A DNA stretch of 63,042 bases, filler included, from Globobulimina sp. (lineage: Eukaryota): NCBI GenBank assembly GCA_003354225.1. It is 22 parts of 22 records of this genome, joined end to end, with 100 filler letters (N's around TTAATTAATTAA, not from the genome) between each part and the next. Parts side by side here need not be neighbours in the genome. Positions count along the whole stretch, not along the records: positions 20,100 to 22,870 come from PIVH01004958.1; positions 22,971 to 25,741 come from PIVH01004959.1; positions 25,842 to 28,612 come from PIVH01004960.1; positions 28,713 to 31,482 come from PIVH01004961.1; positions 31,583 to 34,352 come from PIVH01004962.1; positions 34,453 to 37,222 come from PIVH01004963.1; 16 more parts are not named here. The stretch is one strand, 5' to 3'. Each line of letters starts with the position of its first letter. Position 1 is the stretch's first letter. A model generated the notes under the pieces. It was not told the DNA's origin. It did no database searches and saw only the letters and a list, made by a program, of their open reading frames with translations. The position numbers and the translations under genes were made by a program. Of the stretch, positions 22,443 through 34,994 are shown piece by piece.

Positions 22443-22970
22443 CTTAATATGGATTCCATTGACATTTCTGCTTGGCTTTATGCACCATTATTTTTTTAAA
22501 ATATATTACGACGAGACAGGTATAGCGACGATTGGCGAGGTGTTTGATAAGATCAGTAAAAAACAAAAAAACCTTTTCGAACAGCAAAAAAAAACAGTAC
22601 TTATCGGAGACCCCTATTGAGTTTAGTCAATTGTTGAATAAAAATAACGTTTTGGTGTAGGAGATTCTTGTGGTTCCACCAAAAAATCAGCTTGCTCAGT
22701 TGTGAAAAACAGCTTTTTTTGGGATTCATATTTGAACATAGTAACAAGGCGTTCATATCACTAGAATTCCAATATTATTTTATGTAGTTGTTGTCTATAA
22801 ATATTACAACAATTCTGTCATATTTTCGCGAGATTTGAGAAGGCGGATCATTACTTATTACTTTTTCCATNNNNNNNNNNNNNNNNNNNNNNNNNNNNNN
22901 NNNNNNNNNNNNNNTTAATTAATTAANNNNNNNNNNNNNNNNNNNNNNNNNNNNNNNNNNNNNNNNNNNN

Positions 22971-23215
22971 GTGTATGACTCACTACAAAATTCAATCAAT
23001 ATTTCCTGGCTCACTTTGCTTGCATTCATTCCATTATTCTTTATTAACACATTGAAATATTTTAAACTCACTGTTAATCTCTGTAAATAGGCGCAATTTG
23101 ATACAATTTCATCCTTTGACTTGTTACAATTTGTCGATATTTGCTTAAAAATTGTAAGGTCGATATCCGTGGATTTATTATTAGCTTTGTCATGTTTAGT
23201 TGCGTTGTTTGCCAT
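22971..23215 (-). CDS. 3'-partial hypothetical protein, near-identical paralog/allele of 31583-32040
   Basis: 22971-23175 matches 31733-31937 at 202 of 205 nt. Confidence 0.6.
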
Positions 23216-23675
23216 ATCATATGATGTTAATTGTAATGCAAATTGTTTGATTACTTATTAAATGTATTACAAAATGCAGTTATATTTTTTTTTGATAAGG
23301 AATTTGCTGAAAACACAGGGAAATAACAAAGGAGTGATACGATGATGCACTGAATTATTATATTATATTTTAAATGGATGGATTGTTATTGGTTTGTTTG
23401 TTTTGACGAATTGCAAATTAGATTGTGGTGATTTAATGCGATTAATACCAATATCTTGACCTAAAAGTGCTAATTCTTTACGGCTTTGTTGCTTTGTTCC
23501 TTGTGTGGGTTTATCTGCTTTGTTGGGTGCTTTGTATTTTTTGTTTTGGATCGATTCAAATTATTTATTATTAGATTAATTTGATCCTATTTTTGTACGT
23601 CGCTTAAAAAGTTGCGAAAGGATGGTATAGTGAGTAGTGAAGAAATTAAAAAAAAACAGTTCGAAAAAAACAACC

Positions 23676-25741
23676 ATGTCCCAATCCTCAAACTCAAACT
23701 CAAACTCATCCAACGCCCGTTTCCATTCCCGCTACAAACGAGACATGCAAGCCAGCCACATCTCATTCTCTCCAAACAGACGCCATCGTAATTCCAGGTT
23801 CAATCTCAATCTGAATACGACTCCCAATCCAATGAATCCATCCTTGCACAGAAACCTTGGCCACAATGACATGAATTCAAACTCGCCACGCCGCCAAGTT
23901 CTAACCCTCCACCAACGACCACCAAACCCACGGCCACATTTCACGCAGCCTCGGCCTCCAAACAACCGCATATTGCCACCACCACTCACTTCCCACCTCA
24001 TCGCCGCGCCGTATCCTCGCACTCATAACAACCACAACAACATTCGCAACAAACGCCGCAATGCAAACTTCCAAACCTCTGCGATCTCCATCATACCCAA
24101 CACGAACGAGACCGTCATGACTGTCTCAGACGAAACCTTCCGAGCTTTGATGCAAAAACAAGCCGCGTCCAAACACAACAAACCTAAAAGCAAAATAAAG
24201 CCCAAAATCAAAGCAAAGGCAAAAGCAAAAGCAAAACCAGCACCAAAAGCAAAGTTTAAACCTAAACCCAAAGCAAAGCCAAATAGCTCACCGCGGTCAT
24301 ACCGAACCCGCCGATCGCTGAACAATAACAGTTCCAATCGACGCAAACGCAAACGGACCGAAATCGAGCATGAGTTCCAAACCTTTGTGCCTTCGCTAAT
24401 TAACTTTGCCAACGACGATGAGTATGAGATCGACGCCGACACCAATTATGATATTGGTATTATTAATTACAATGTGGACAGTTTCAGTTACAATGACAAC
24501 GACATCGAAGAAGGAGAGATTGCGGTGATTGAGGAAGGGGAAGTCGTCGACATTGGACATAAGCGGAAACGGAGGAAGTTGAACGAAAATGTAAATGGTG
24601 GCCATGGCGGCGAGACCGAGACCGAGAGAGTGCAGGACGACGACGAGAAGAGCAATGCGGTGAAATCTGACGATGTGACTCGAGTGGAAATGGAAGGGAA
24701 TGTCATGCCGTCCTCGTTGGTGCCGTACACGCCGTCTTCGGAGGATAATTATAACGCATCTGAGAATGGCGTGGGTGTAGGACGGGATCCGTTGAGTAGT
24801 CCCGATTTGAGCGATGTGTCTGTGCCGAGGGCCAAGATCGAGATCGAATTCGAAGCACAAGTGGCTGGGCCCGAAGTGGTGGGGAATGAGCTGAAAACGA
24901 ATAAGGAAGACATGGATTATGAGCAAAAAACGCAGACACAAACACATCAGGAAAGAGACGAAGCCGTCGACAAAGACATGGATAATAATGAGAATAAGGA
25001 GAAGTATGAAGAAAAGGACTTGAAATACAGAGAGAGGGCGGATGAAGAGAATGAATGTGAGGGCTCGAAGGTGCGTGGGAGAGGAAGATGGAGGGATCGA
25101 TGGAAGGACAGAGAGAAAGCGAAGGGTGGCAATAAGGAGAAGGAGAAGGAGAGAGATAAGGAGAGGAAATACGAGAAATACCATCACAAATCCTCATCTT
25201 CGTCGTCGTCGTCGTCCCGTTCCTCGCGAAGTGATAAACATGCAAAGAAATACAATGATGACAGGCCTGACCGGAGAGAGAGAGACAGATATCGGGAGAG
25301 TGAGAATAAGCGGAAATCAGATAAACACAGAGATAGATCGAAGGAAAGAGAGAGAGACGCCGGGACAGAGAGAAAAGTAAAGAGCGGGGAAAGGATAAAA
25401 AGGATGGAAGCAATGATAAACATGAAAAGAATAAAAAAATAAAGGAGGAGAATAGCAATGACAGTCCACACAGAGACAGAGATAGAGAGAAAGTCGCAGA
25501 TTTAAAGGAAAAGCTTATTGAAAATAAATCAAATCATACTCCACGAACTCGAAGGGACACAGATAACAAATACGATGATAAAAATCGAGAGCGAGATCGA
25601 AAAGACAGAGACAAAGATAAACATAAAACCACTGACAAATACTATGAAAATAAGGACAAAAAATCCGAGGATTTGGCAGATCAAAATAGCAAAAAAACAC
25701 CAGTTGAAGAAAAAACAGCTGCTGTAATCACTAAAAACGAT
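23676..25741 (+). CDS. 3'-partial low-complexity Arg/Asp/Glu/Lys/Ser-rich (RS/RD-like) nuclear protein, with an apparent frameshift at ~25350
   Basis: ATG at 23676; KRKRRK NLS-like motifs. After the (AG)n run another frame continues RRRDREKSKERGKDKKDG.. open to the contig end. Confidence 0.65.
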
Positions 25742-26061
25742 NNNNNNNNNNNNNNNNNNNNNNNNNNNNNNNNNNNNNNNNNNNNTTAATTAATTAANNN
25801 NNNNNNNNNNNNNNNNNNNNNNNNNNNNNNNNNNNNNNNNNGGATGGGGATATGATGATCCACATTTTTTCGTTCATTTAAAAATTCAATTTTCACGTAG
25901 AGGCGTTGACATTAATAACAGCAAAAATAATTCTTCTCTTTCTTTACACAATGCTCTGCCCCAAACGCAAAAGTTCCAGAGCCAAAATAGGATCGATCAG
26001 TGTACAAAAACAAAAAATGTGTTTAATAATCATTTCCCAGTTAATCTTTTCTAAGAAATCA

Positions 26062-27462
26062 ATGTCAACTGCTTTCATTTGTCCTGAGAGGAAAGTTTAC
26101 GACTTTATCAAGGCGTATTTATCCAAAAAAAAGTACATAAGTACAATAGAGATTGGTACCCTGCATAGATTGATGACAAAACACGTAAATAAAGATATTG
26201 ACGGTATTGATGGCATTGATGCATTATTTCCTTGGAGAGCACGCGGATTCAGCAAATTTGTTGATTTTGTTAAATCAATTCCTGGCTTACAGTTTGGTCG
26301 AACACACGGTAATAATCATTGTGTATCCATTGCTGACTCAATTAGCTATACAGACATTGAAGCATTCTTTATTAGACTCGAAAAAATAGCAATAAACATA
26401 CAATCCATCGAGCAAAGAAACAAAAAACGATATTCACGAAAACAATATAGACACAAAAAACAGTTAAAATCCTTCCATAAAGGTTTTGATGTTTTAAATA
26501 AATTATCATTTTTATGTTTGAATCAATGTAAAATGACTCATAGCCAATTAAGAGACTCTTTTTATTCTCGAATGATTAACATTGACCACAATAAAAATAT
26601 CAATTATGACATTAATGGATTGGACAATATAAATTGGAACAAAGTTCCCGAGGATTTGTGTCCAGAAAAAATTATTTTAAGTGCAAAAAATAAGCAAAAA
26701 CGAGGGGTTTGGAAAAAGAGACAAATAGAAAGTTTTTATGAGATTTTAAAGAATCTGTTGACAAACAATGAATGTAAAAGTAAAACAGTGGTTGATTTTG
26801 GATGTGGCTCAGGAAATATTGGCTTGGCGTTGGCTTTTTTGTTCCCAACGCATAGGTTTATACTCATCGATTATAATCCGTATTGCATAAAAATAGCAAA
26901 TCAAAGGATTGCGAATAATAACCTACAAAATGTAGAATTGTTGCAAATGAAAATTGAAGAGTTTCAGCATAAATTTGACATTGGAATTGCAGTGCATGCG
27001 TGCGGCAATGCGACTGATTATGCGCAGTTGAAATGTTTTGAGAATAATGCTCATTTTATGTTATGTTCGTGTTGTGTGGGTAAAATAAAATTAAATGATG
27101 AATGCAAAGATGAAATAAGATATCCGCGGTGTGATATGTTTAGGAAAGAGATATCGTTGAATGAATTTGAAGAATTATCGCGTGTCGCTGATCATAATGA
27201 AACTGATTTTAATCATAAGAATATCAATGGTGAACAACGCAAATTATGTAAAACTGTATTGGAGATTGATAGATGTTTTTGTGCGTTGGAGACCAAATTA
27301 TATGAAACTGTTTTATTGACACAAATTGTACCGTATAAAGGAAAGGATGCAAATTCATCAAGTCCGAAGAATGATGTTATCGTTGGAATTCATAAAAATT
27401 GTTCGGAGATTGAGAGGAAAAGAATAACGGATTTATTTAATAACAAATCACTGCGGATTTGA
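26062..27462 (+). CDS. SAM-dependent methyltransferase (GSTCD C-terminal/Methyltransf_32-like) with N-terminal LOTUS/OST-HTH-like domain
   Basis: KKRQIES, VVDFGCGSGNIGL, FDIGIAVHACGNATD, CCVGKI, YPR, SPKNDVIVG. N-terminal FPWRARGFSKFVDFVKSIPG. Start chosen at ATG 26062 (uncertain). Confidence 0.8.
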   Translation: MSTAFICPERKVYDFIKAYLSKKKYISTIEIGTLHRLMTKHVNKDIDGIDGIDALFPWRARGFSKFVDFVKSIPGLQFGRTHGNNHCVSIADSISYTDIEAFFIRLEKIAINIQSIEQRNKKRYSRKQYRHKKQLKSFHKGFDVLNKLSFLCLNQCKMTHSQLRDSFYSRMINIDHNKNINYDINGLDNINWNKVPEDLCPEKIILSAKNKQKRGVWKKRQIESFYEILKNLLTNNECKSKTVVDFGCGSGNIGLALAFLFPTHRFILIDYNPYCIKIANQRIANNNLQNVELLQMKIEEFQHKFDIGIAVHACGNATDYAQLKCFENNAHFMLCSCCVGKIKLNDECKDEIRYPRCDMFRKEISLNEFEELSRVADHNETDFNHKNINGEQRKLCKTVLEIDRCFCALETKLYETVLLTQIVPYKGKDANSSSPKNDVIVGIHKNCSEIERKRITDLFNNKSLRI

Positions 27463-27753
27463 TGTTTTTCTGCATGATCATTCCCGTAATCCAACAAATG
27501 GCACCAAATAGTAATTCATTTAATTATTAGTGTATATATTACTCTGCCATTTAATATTTCTGCCATTTGACTTTCATATTGCTCCCTGCGGACCTGTTCT
27601 TGAGCGAAAAGGTCGAAATGCCTACATGTTTCAATAATTTCTTTGCTGATGTTTCTAAGATACAATTAATATTACAATTCTTAGTATAATTAGGTGAAAA
27701 TGCGTGCACCTAAACAAATTATTGAAATATGCATGGATTCAGCAGTTACAGTC

Positions 27754-28610
27754 CTAAATCAAAATCATGTTGAATAACAACATCATTATCAAAAATTCCA
27801 TAACGATCAATAATCCAATGGAATTCGAACTTGTTTCCCCAGTGTTATATACAGGACATGTGAACAAATCACATCCTTCACTACATTTCCCCTCCAAATT
27901 ATCCAATGTTGCATCATCTGCAAAAGTAACTTTGTCAAATGCACACTGTATAGAGAGAGCAATTAAAATAGTAAGTATACTGTATACTGCATATGCAACC
28001 ACACCAAAAACATAAAAATATAACATAAACACACATCCAATTCGCAATATAGCATAAAACAATCTCGTCGCTCCAAAAACCATCCAACTCTGCCAGAATC
28101 GCTCAAACTTAAACATGATTCCTCATTTGACCCCGAACTTTCAAAACAAAATCGACAAATTTTCTCCACGACAATAAATGGATCAGTATTACCATCAATA
28201 ACTCCTTGGCATTGATCAATGTCAATGACTGATGGCCACGGTGTCGATGCACGAATACCAGTGATGGTATAATTGATCCATTCAATACATTCACTAATAC
28301 GCCCATTTCTGTAATACACATTAGGTTCTATGCTATCATCCCTATATTTGGTAAAATCACCATCATTATCAACGGTAATTGCATTATTTTGACTGAATTC
28401 AACATACAAAAACGAGATTGTTGCATTCTCGGACTCAGCATATGCAGTTAATGGAGATATTTCCGAAAATCTCTCAATTTGAACACAATAATCAAAATCG
28501 CATATATATGTGCCCTCAAATGTAGGTAAAATTGCATAAGCTGTGTGATAAGTGCCATCAATTGAAATTTCTATGAATGGAAGGACAGGAGGTGTTGAAA
28601 CAGCACATAG
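27754..28610 (-). CDS. 5'-partial Cys-containing surface protein with hydrophobic C-terminus (intron 27946-28034)
   Basis: An 89-nt GT-AG intron joins ..YCELD|CAFDK.. in frame; ends in IGLLIVMEFLIMMLLFNMILI*, a TM or GPI-signal-like tail. Confidence 0.6.
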
Positions 28611-28919
28611 AGNNNNNNNNNNNNNNNNNNNNNNNNNNNNNNNNNNNNNNNNNNNNTTAATTAATTAANNNNNNNNNNNNNNNNNNNNNNNNNNNNNNNN
28701 NNNNNNNNNNNNGATATGCTTAAAAGTCGGTTATCTCGAACCAAATATATATTATTATTATATGTTGTTATTGGCAGAGAAGATGGAAAGCAAATAGTTG
28801 AAGAATATAAAGATCAGGAACCAAGTTAATAATATCCTGCCATGCGTTATTTTACTTATTTATAAGTAAAGGTATACAAAATACTGTATATAGCTGGTAC
28901 TGATCCGGATTATCGTGAC

Positions 28920-29588
28920 TTGTTATCGTTGATTATAACGTCTGCGTGGTTTGAATGTCCTGCACGAAATTCGTCGGTCAGTATTAGTCAACATACAAAT
29001 GTGTGGGTGTATCAATATAATTATCCATACCATGATGCTGATGATTTGTTTGGTTCATTGGAAATCTGTAAAGATCAAAATTATGTTTGCCACGCAGATG
29101 AATTGCCCATTGTTTTTGGTGCAGAATCTTTTGAATTTACAGCTGATGAAATTAAACTAAGTGAATTAATTCAAACTTATTGGACAGATTTAGGAAACGA
29201 TAATATTTTGGATGATGCATCATTTGTTATGGCATCTGGCTGGAGACCGTTCAGTGAAATATTACAACGATCCATGGTTTTCAATAATGACACTACAAAT
29301 AATGTGGAATATAATTATAGTTTAAATTATAACAATTGTGAGTTTTGGGATAATTTAGGATATGAATGGTTGAATTGGGGAACTTCACAATGTGATGATT
29401 CTTGCACTCAAGAAATAGAAGAAAATAGTCATATTGATACAGCGTCAAATATAGAGGTTATTGGATTGAATAGAAATGCAAGTATTTTAACGAATGCTCC
29501 ATATTTTCTACTATTGGCAATCGGTTGTGTAAGTTTGGGATTAGTTGCGTCTCTTTGTTGGAAAAGAAATTTGCAATACAATAAATAA
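28920..29588 (+). CDS. Type-B carboxylesterase, C-terminal part, with C-terminal TM helix (5'-partial)
   Basis: VWVYQYNY, VCHADELPIVFG (catalytic His), LSELIQTYWT, WRPF, CEFWD. Confidence 0.8.
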   Translation: MLSLIITSAWFECPARNSSVSISQHTNVWVYQYNYPYHDADDLFGSLEICKDQNYVCHADELPIVFGAESFEFTADEIKLSELIQTYWTDLGNDNILDDASFVMASGWRPFSEILQRSMVFNNDTTNNVEYNYSLNYNNCEFWDNLGYEWLNWGTSQCDDSCTQEIEENSHIDTASNIEVIGLNRNASILTNAPYFLLLAIGCVSLGLVASLCWKRNLQYNK

Positions 29589-29633
29589 AAAACTATGTAC
29601 ATATTAAATAATTATGCAAACACAAACACGGTT

Positions 29634-31482
29634 TCAGAATTCCGATTGGAAGCTAAGCAACAAATGAGCAGCTTCCCTGATTCCGCTTATCGTCACATCA
29701 AACGCGTTTGCCATGTCTTGCTCATTGCAGCCACCATCAATAATATCCCAAATATAGGGAAATCTTTTCCCATTCCCCCACAACAATTGTTTCCACCATT
29801 TATTTGATGGCACTCCATTCGGATATTCCAACGTTAACATTTTCATAAATCCAGCCAATATTTGATTAATTTTCGCAATGTCTTGTCCAATATCTCCGCC
29901 ATCAGAATCCGTCCCATTTCCATTGACTGCATCCAATGTTTCCTCATAATACACATTAAATACAAGCGACGCATTTGCAAAATACTGAGCAACTTCCTCC
30001 AATCCACCAATATAATTCTCAAATAAAACAGAACAGTCCGGGTCACTGACATGGTTCGGCAAATCAGCTGCTGTCCATTCACTGATTTTAATGGCAATCC
30101 TCGCGATATCAAATGGCAGCAAATCCTGCTGAGCCAACTTTAGCATCAGCAAACCTCCAAAACTGGCAATAGTTTCTGCAAACTGCCAGTGCGGATCGAC
30201 AATATCCAGCCACCCATTCAAATCGTAAAAAGTGTGATAAGTATAGGAATTTGCGCCGGCAGTGAAGCCCGTTCCTAATGTCGCGATACCTGCATAATAT
30301 TCAAAGGCACAGAAATCAGAGCTGCAGCCGGTTAATGGCAAATTATTCGGCGCGTCTTCGCCAAAATTCCACCACGAATCAAACAGCGTGAAATTGGTAG
30401 AATTGTCCTTGTTGTTTTGAGCGATGTCAGCACCGTACGGATATTTGATTTGCTGCGCCGACTCAAGTAACAGTTTACGCAGCAACGGGTTTCCTTGAAT
30501 GGATAAGCTCCCTCCAACCACAGTCATATCAAAATTCAAGTATGCCACAACTTTCTCGCTCCACTCGTTATTCTCACAGAAATCGGTGCTTCCGTAGAGT
30601 CCCCATTCCTCACCGTCCCAACTGCCAAACATCAGACTTCGTTTTGGTTTCCAGCCATACTCATCGCGCAACACACTCAGAGCCCTGGCAATCTCCAATA
30701 TGGTCACTGTGCCGCTGATGTCGTCGCAGGCGCCCATACCCCAGGCATCTCTGTGCGCGCCAACCATCACAATCTCGTCCGGATACTCTTCCCCTCGCAA
30801 GTAGCCATACACATTTTGTATGCTGTCATTTAAATGCATATCGTTTGCAGTCACCATATGTGCCATTATCGCGTCGGTACCGCCAATGCATGTATCTAGC
30901 GGCAAATTGCTTTGCCAGTTACTAATATTCGCAATCGCGGCACATTGGCTTTCAACCGGAAAGCCAGCACTCATCAATTCAAATAATTGAATGGCAGTAT
31001 TTGGCGATATCATTATCATCGATAAACCATATTTGATCGCAGGAAATAAATCTTCCCACTCAGAGATATTGAGTCCGCACTCATCTTCCAATCTTTTCGC
31101 GGCAGGGTTTCCCGTACAACCCGTACCAAAACGGATTCTGCCATCCACTCTGAAACCAACTGTATACAATAAAGACATTACGGCATTATCTACAAAACAA
31201 AAACATACAGTTTGGCATTTGTGCACCATTCGGATAACGGACCGCTGGGTCACTACGATAATTATTTTCAAATAAGATCAATCCTTTCAAACCATACAAA
31301 CCAGCTTGTAACGCCTGGTCCGGTCTGCTGCCACGTTTTGCCATACCAATATAGCCAACACCATTGTTATTCAAATCAATGCTTCAATTATTAATTAAAC
31401 AGTCATCATCCGCCGCATTCCCACCGTTGACATATATTAATGGCGCTGTATGAACACCGGAAGCAGAGTATGGAATCCATGT
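29634..31482 (-). CDS. 5'-partial M28 peptidase, glutamate carboxypeptidase II/NAALADase-like (intron 31160-31208; in-frame TGA at 31384-31386)
   Basis: PA domain PYSASG..LIYVNGG; catalytic region VGAHRDAW, GACDDISG, SWDGEEWGLYGS, AYLNFD, SDF, YHTFYD. Confidence 0.88.
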
Positions 31483-31582
31483 NNNNNNNNNNNNNNNNNN
31501 NNNNNNNNNNNNNNNNNNNNNNNNNNTTAATTAATTAANNNNNNNNNNNNNNNNNNNNNNNNNNNNNNNNNNNNNNNNNNNN

Positions 31583-32040
31583 CTTTCATTATAATATCTT
31601 TTTAATTGATTACATTTTGAAATATCACAGGCTCTCAATGCATATTTATTTTTTAATTCTTTTTCAATTTCAAGTAATTCATTATTTGAGCCATGCTCTG
31701 CTAAAAAATGTGCAAAGTCATCAATAAAATTTGTGTATGACTCACTATAAAATTCAATCAATATTTCCTGGCTCACTTTGCTTGCATTCATTCCATTATT
31801 CTTTATTAACACATTGAAATATTTTAAACTCACTGTTAATCTCTGTAAATAGGCGCAGTTTGATACAATTTCATCCTTTGACTTGTTACAATTTGTCGAG
31901 ATTTGCTTAAAAATTGTAAGGTCGATATCCGTGGATTGATTATTATTAACCTCATGCTTAGTTGTGTTGGATTGTGATTTCTTCAATATTTTGTTTGACA
32001 TTATAAATAAGCTGAAACTTTTTCCTAAAAATGTCACCAA
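31583..32040 (-). CDS. 3'-partial hypothetical protein of an expanded family
   Basis: Open ORF running into the gap; C..LQRL..LKY and DDFAHFL..H motifs; paralog at 22971. Confidence 0.55.
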
Positions 32041-32093
32041 TCATTTTTGTAACATTCTCATTAATTGCTTCGCTACTGTGAAAACCTTACATT

Positions 32094-33218
32094 ATGTCTT
32101 TTGAAGACCACATTCATTTTGTCAAAGCAGCAAATGCTACGTACAGATTTAACGAGTTTAATGTCGAAGCTAATTGTTACTTGCAAAAGCATGGATATGT
32201 AGTGATAAAAAATGTTTTGGATGACACCCAAATAAAGACAGCAAGAAATTTATTGTGGGATTTCCTAAGTCGCGTTGGTTGGGATCGACATTATTTGCAA
32301 ACATGGAGATTTGTTGAAAATGAAGGTGAGCCAAGTATTGGTATATTCCGAGGACATGGCATCTCGCAAAGTAAATTGCAATGGTTTATTCGTAAAAACG
32401 TGAACGTGATCAATATATTTGCCAAAATATGGAATGTAGCAGCAACTGAATTAATAGCAGGGTTTACCAGCTGTGCCATATTTCGACCGTGGTACATCAA
32501 CCAAGCAACAATGTATTGGAAGACCATAGCAAATTGGTATCACATTGACCATAATGTCCAAAGAAAGCCACACTTCGAATGTATTCAGTCTTACATTTGT
32601 TTATATGGTCAGAATGAATATAGCGGTTCGACGGTCATCATACCGGATTCGCATTTATTGACACAAAAAAACTTAAAAATATCTGTTTTTGAGGATGCAG
32701 ATTATATTCCGATACCAAAAGATAATGCTTTATTAAAGATGGAAAAGACATTAGTTTGCAGTAAATCTGGCGATATGGTTTTATGGGATTCGAGGACTGT
32801 TCATTGCAGTTCACATGCTTTGAAATCGATGGACGAAATGAAGAAACGATATGAGAGTGTAAATAAACAGATTATTATTTTAGATGAATTATTGGATATA
32901 TTTGGAGATAAATCGGAGGGAATAAGTACTCGGATTGAGTTATTGAGAGCAGTTTGTTTGGTTTGTATGGTGCCAAAATATAAAGCAACCAAAAGTGTAT
33001 TGGTGCAAAGAATCAATGGCTATATTAATCAGTATGCATTGTCACATTGGCCGAATGAGTTTGTGGTATTACATCGACCGCAATTAAATACGTTCCCTAC
33101 TTATCTGAGAAAAAAGAGTGTAGATGATTTGGATGAAAAAGAGAAAATATTAACTGGAATTACAGACGAATTATTGAATCAATGTAGTGAATATAATGGT
33201 TTTTATTATCTGCAATGA
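32094..33218 (+). CDS. Phytanoyl-CoA dioxygenase (PhyH)-like 2OG-Fe(II) oxygenase
   Basis: HGYVVIKNVL, WYHID (HxD), VIIPDSH, GDMVLWDSRTVHC. Confidence 0.85.
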   Translation: MSFEDHIHFVKAANATYRFNEFNVEANCYLQKHGYVVIKNVLDDTQIKTARNLLWDFLSRVGWDRHYLQTWRFVENEGEPSIGIFRGHGISQSKLQWFIRKNVNVINIFAKIWNVAATELIAGFTSCAIFRPWYINQATMYWKTIANWYHIDHNVQRKPHFECIQSYICLYGQNEYSGSTVIIPDSHLLTQKNLKISVFEDADYIPIPKDNALLKMEKTLVCSKSGDMVLWDSRTVHCSSHALKSMDEMKKRYESVNKQIIILDELLDIFGDKSEGISTRIELLRAVCLVCMVPKYKATKSVLVQRINGYINQYALSHWPNEFVVLHRPQLNTFPTYLRKKSVDDLDEKEKILTGITDELLNQCSEYNGFYYLQ

Positions 33219-33294
33219 TGTAAATTTGTTCCGTTGCTTTGGGTGTTGTTTTTGTGGTAAATTTTTAGTTTGAGAACTGTTCCAATTGCATCTA

Positions 33295-34352
33295 ATGGCA
33301 ACCAGCACTGTGCTCGGAAGTGTGGACGTAAAAGCATGCGACGACGCGGCTGAATGCAAATTGGTAGAAAACATAATAACTATCTTAACCCACTATCATT
33401 ACTGGAATGAGCAACAACTGCAAGAAAGTGCAGCTCACGACATCACCGATTATTCTTCCTTATTACCCTCAGATCACCCAAACCCAAACGAAGACGACGA
33501 CGACGAAGACGCCTTCGATGACACCGGCACCGGCACCGATAATAAATTGAAAACCATCCATCCGCAATTAACGAAGAGCAGTGCCTCCATCCGCCATGTA
33601 CCTAAGTACGGGTCCATTATCTCCGAATTTATGGATAATGAAAAATATAATGGCATCTCCTTACTGAATGATTTTGATCATGTTTTGGATAAACATTGTG
33701 AGGACGACAGGGAATTTGAATGGATTTATAAAGAATTAACTGGCGAAAATGAGGTGAAATCTGTCATAAATAAATCAAATAATATACTACATCGACATCA
33801 TTATAGTCGCGATGCCTTATACCGAGACATTGAATTAATTAAGAAATTGTATTATGGGCATTATGAATCAAAACAGGTTCACGATTTTGAGATTTTGGAT
33901 AAAATCTATGTATGTTCTTACATTTTAGCATATGGACATATATAAATTATATCAATCAATTGAAACAGATACATTTTTTGCATTCGTACGACTTTGGATT
34001 TCGCTTAGAACCTTTCACCAAACTCGCTATCATCAGCGAGGAAGAAACACGTTTAAAATTAGAGGCAAAATCCGAGGAAAACCCTGAGATAAATATCGAT
34101 AAATCGTTAGGTGCAATCACCGAGAAATTGACATATCTGCGCATGAAATTGGATCGATTTGATACATTAAAGTCCCGCTTCAATAAAAGTAACCGCTTTG
34201 TCACCAACTACAGCAACGCAATGCTGTTGAATTCGGAATTCAATGCCAAGAATGAAGAAGAAATAAAACTCAATTTAGAAGACCCCGACGGCTACGATAT
34301 GGACGACAGCAAACGTAATATCAAACTGGCGTTCAAAGCTAGAATCAGTGAC
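33295..34352 (+). CDS. 3'-partial hypothetical protein (intron 33910-33968)
   Basis: In-frame splice LDKIY|IHFLHSYDFGFR. The LLNDFDHVL..H motif is similar to that of the 31583 family. Confidence 0.6.
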
Positions 34353-34994
34353 NNNNNNNNNNNNNNNNNNNNNNNNNNNNNNNNNNNNNNNNNNNNTTAA
34401 TTAATTAANNNNNNNNNNNNNNNNNNNNNNNNNNNNNNNNNNNNNNNNNNNNTTTAAACCGTTATTATTTGAATTATTTCCAAATATGAATGAAATAATA
34501 ATTATTACAGATGAATATTTTACATTTAATATTTACAATTTATTAGCAATTATTAATTCAGCAATATTACCAAAAACATTTGATCGAATAATAATTAAAG
34601 ATCCAAGAGCTGAGTGGTTAGAGAGTGTATTTTCAGATGAAATGCGTTGTAAATTTGTTGAGAGTAATTTTTTTGTTAAGTTAAGAAAACAAGAATTAAC
34701 AATTTGTAAAAGTAAATAATTACTTTCTCACTTTTTAATAATTATTTTTATTTTCTCTTTTTCATTTTCATTGCTTCTTTTGAGCTGTATTTTTTTTGAA
34801 TAATTTTTGTTTGAATTTTCTTTTTAATTTGAATATTCAAGCGCTGTTTTTTGCTCCTTGCATTTTAATTCAAAAAAAAAATGTGAAAAAAAAATAATTA
34901 ATATTATTAATAATTAAAAATACGTTATAAATAACATAATATCAGGTCAGGTCAGGTCAGATAAGATTGAATAATATGTCAATTAATTAATTAA

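Noticed and set aside
23732-25471. Several long minus-strand Leu/Ser/Phe-rich ORFs
   Set aside because: They are antisense shadows of the purine-rich low-complexity gene.
27754-28116. ORF resembling an ion-channel S5-S6 segment
   Set aside because: Its first hydrophobic part is a translated intron (27946-28034) plus out-of-frame exon; splicing gives a coherent surface protein.
17341-31386. Stop-codon reassignment suggested by the in-frame TAG and TGA
   Set aside because: These are only two isolated cases near contig ends. TAA, TAG and TGA all end genes at expected positions, and long conserved ORFs have no internal stops.
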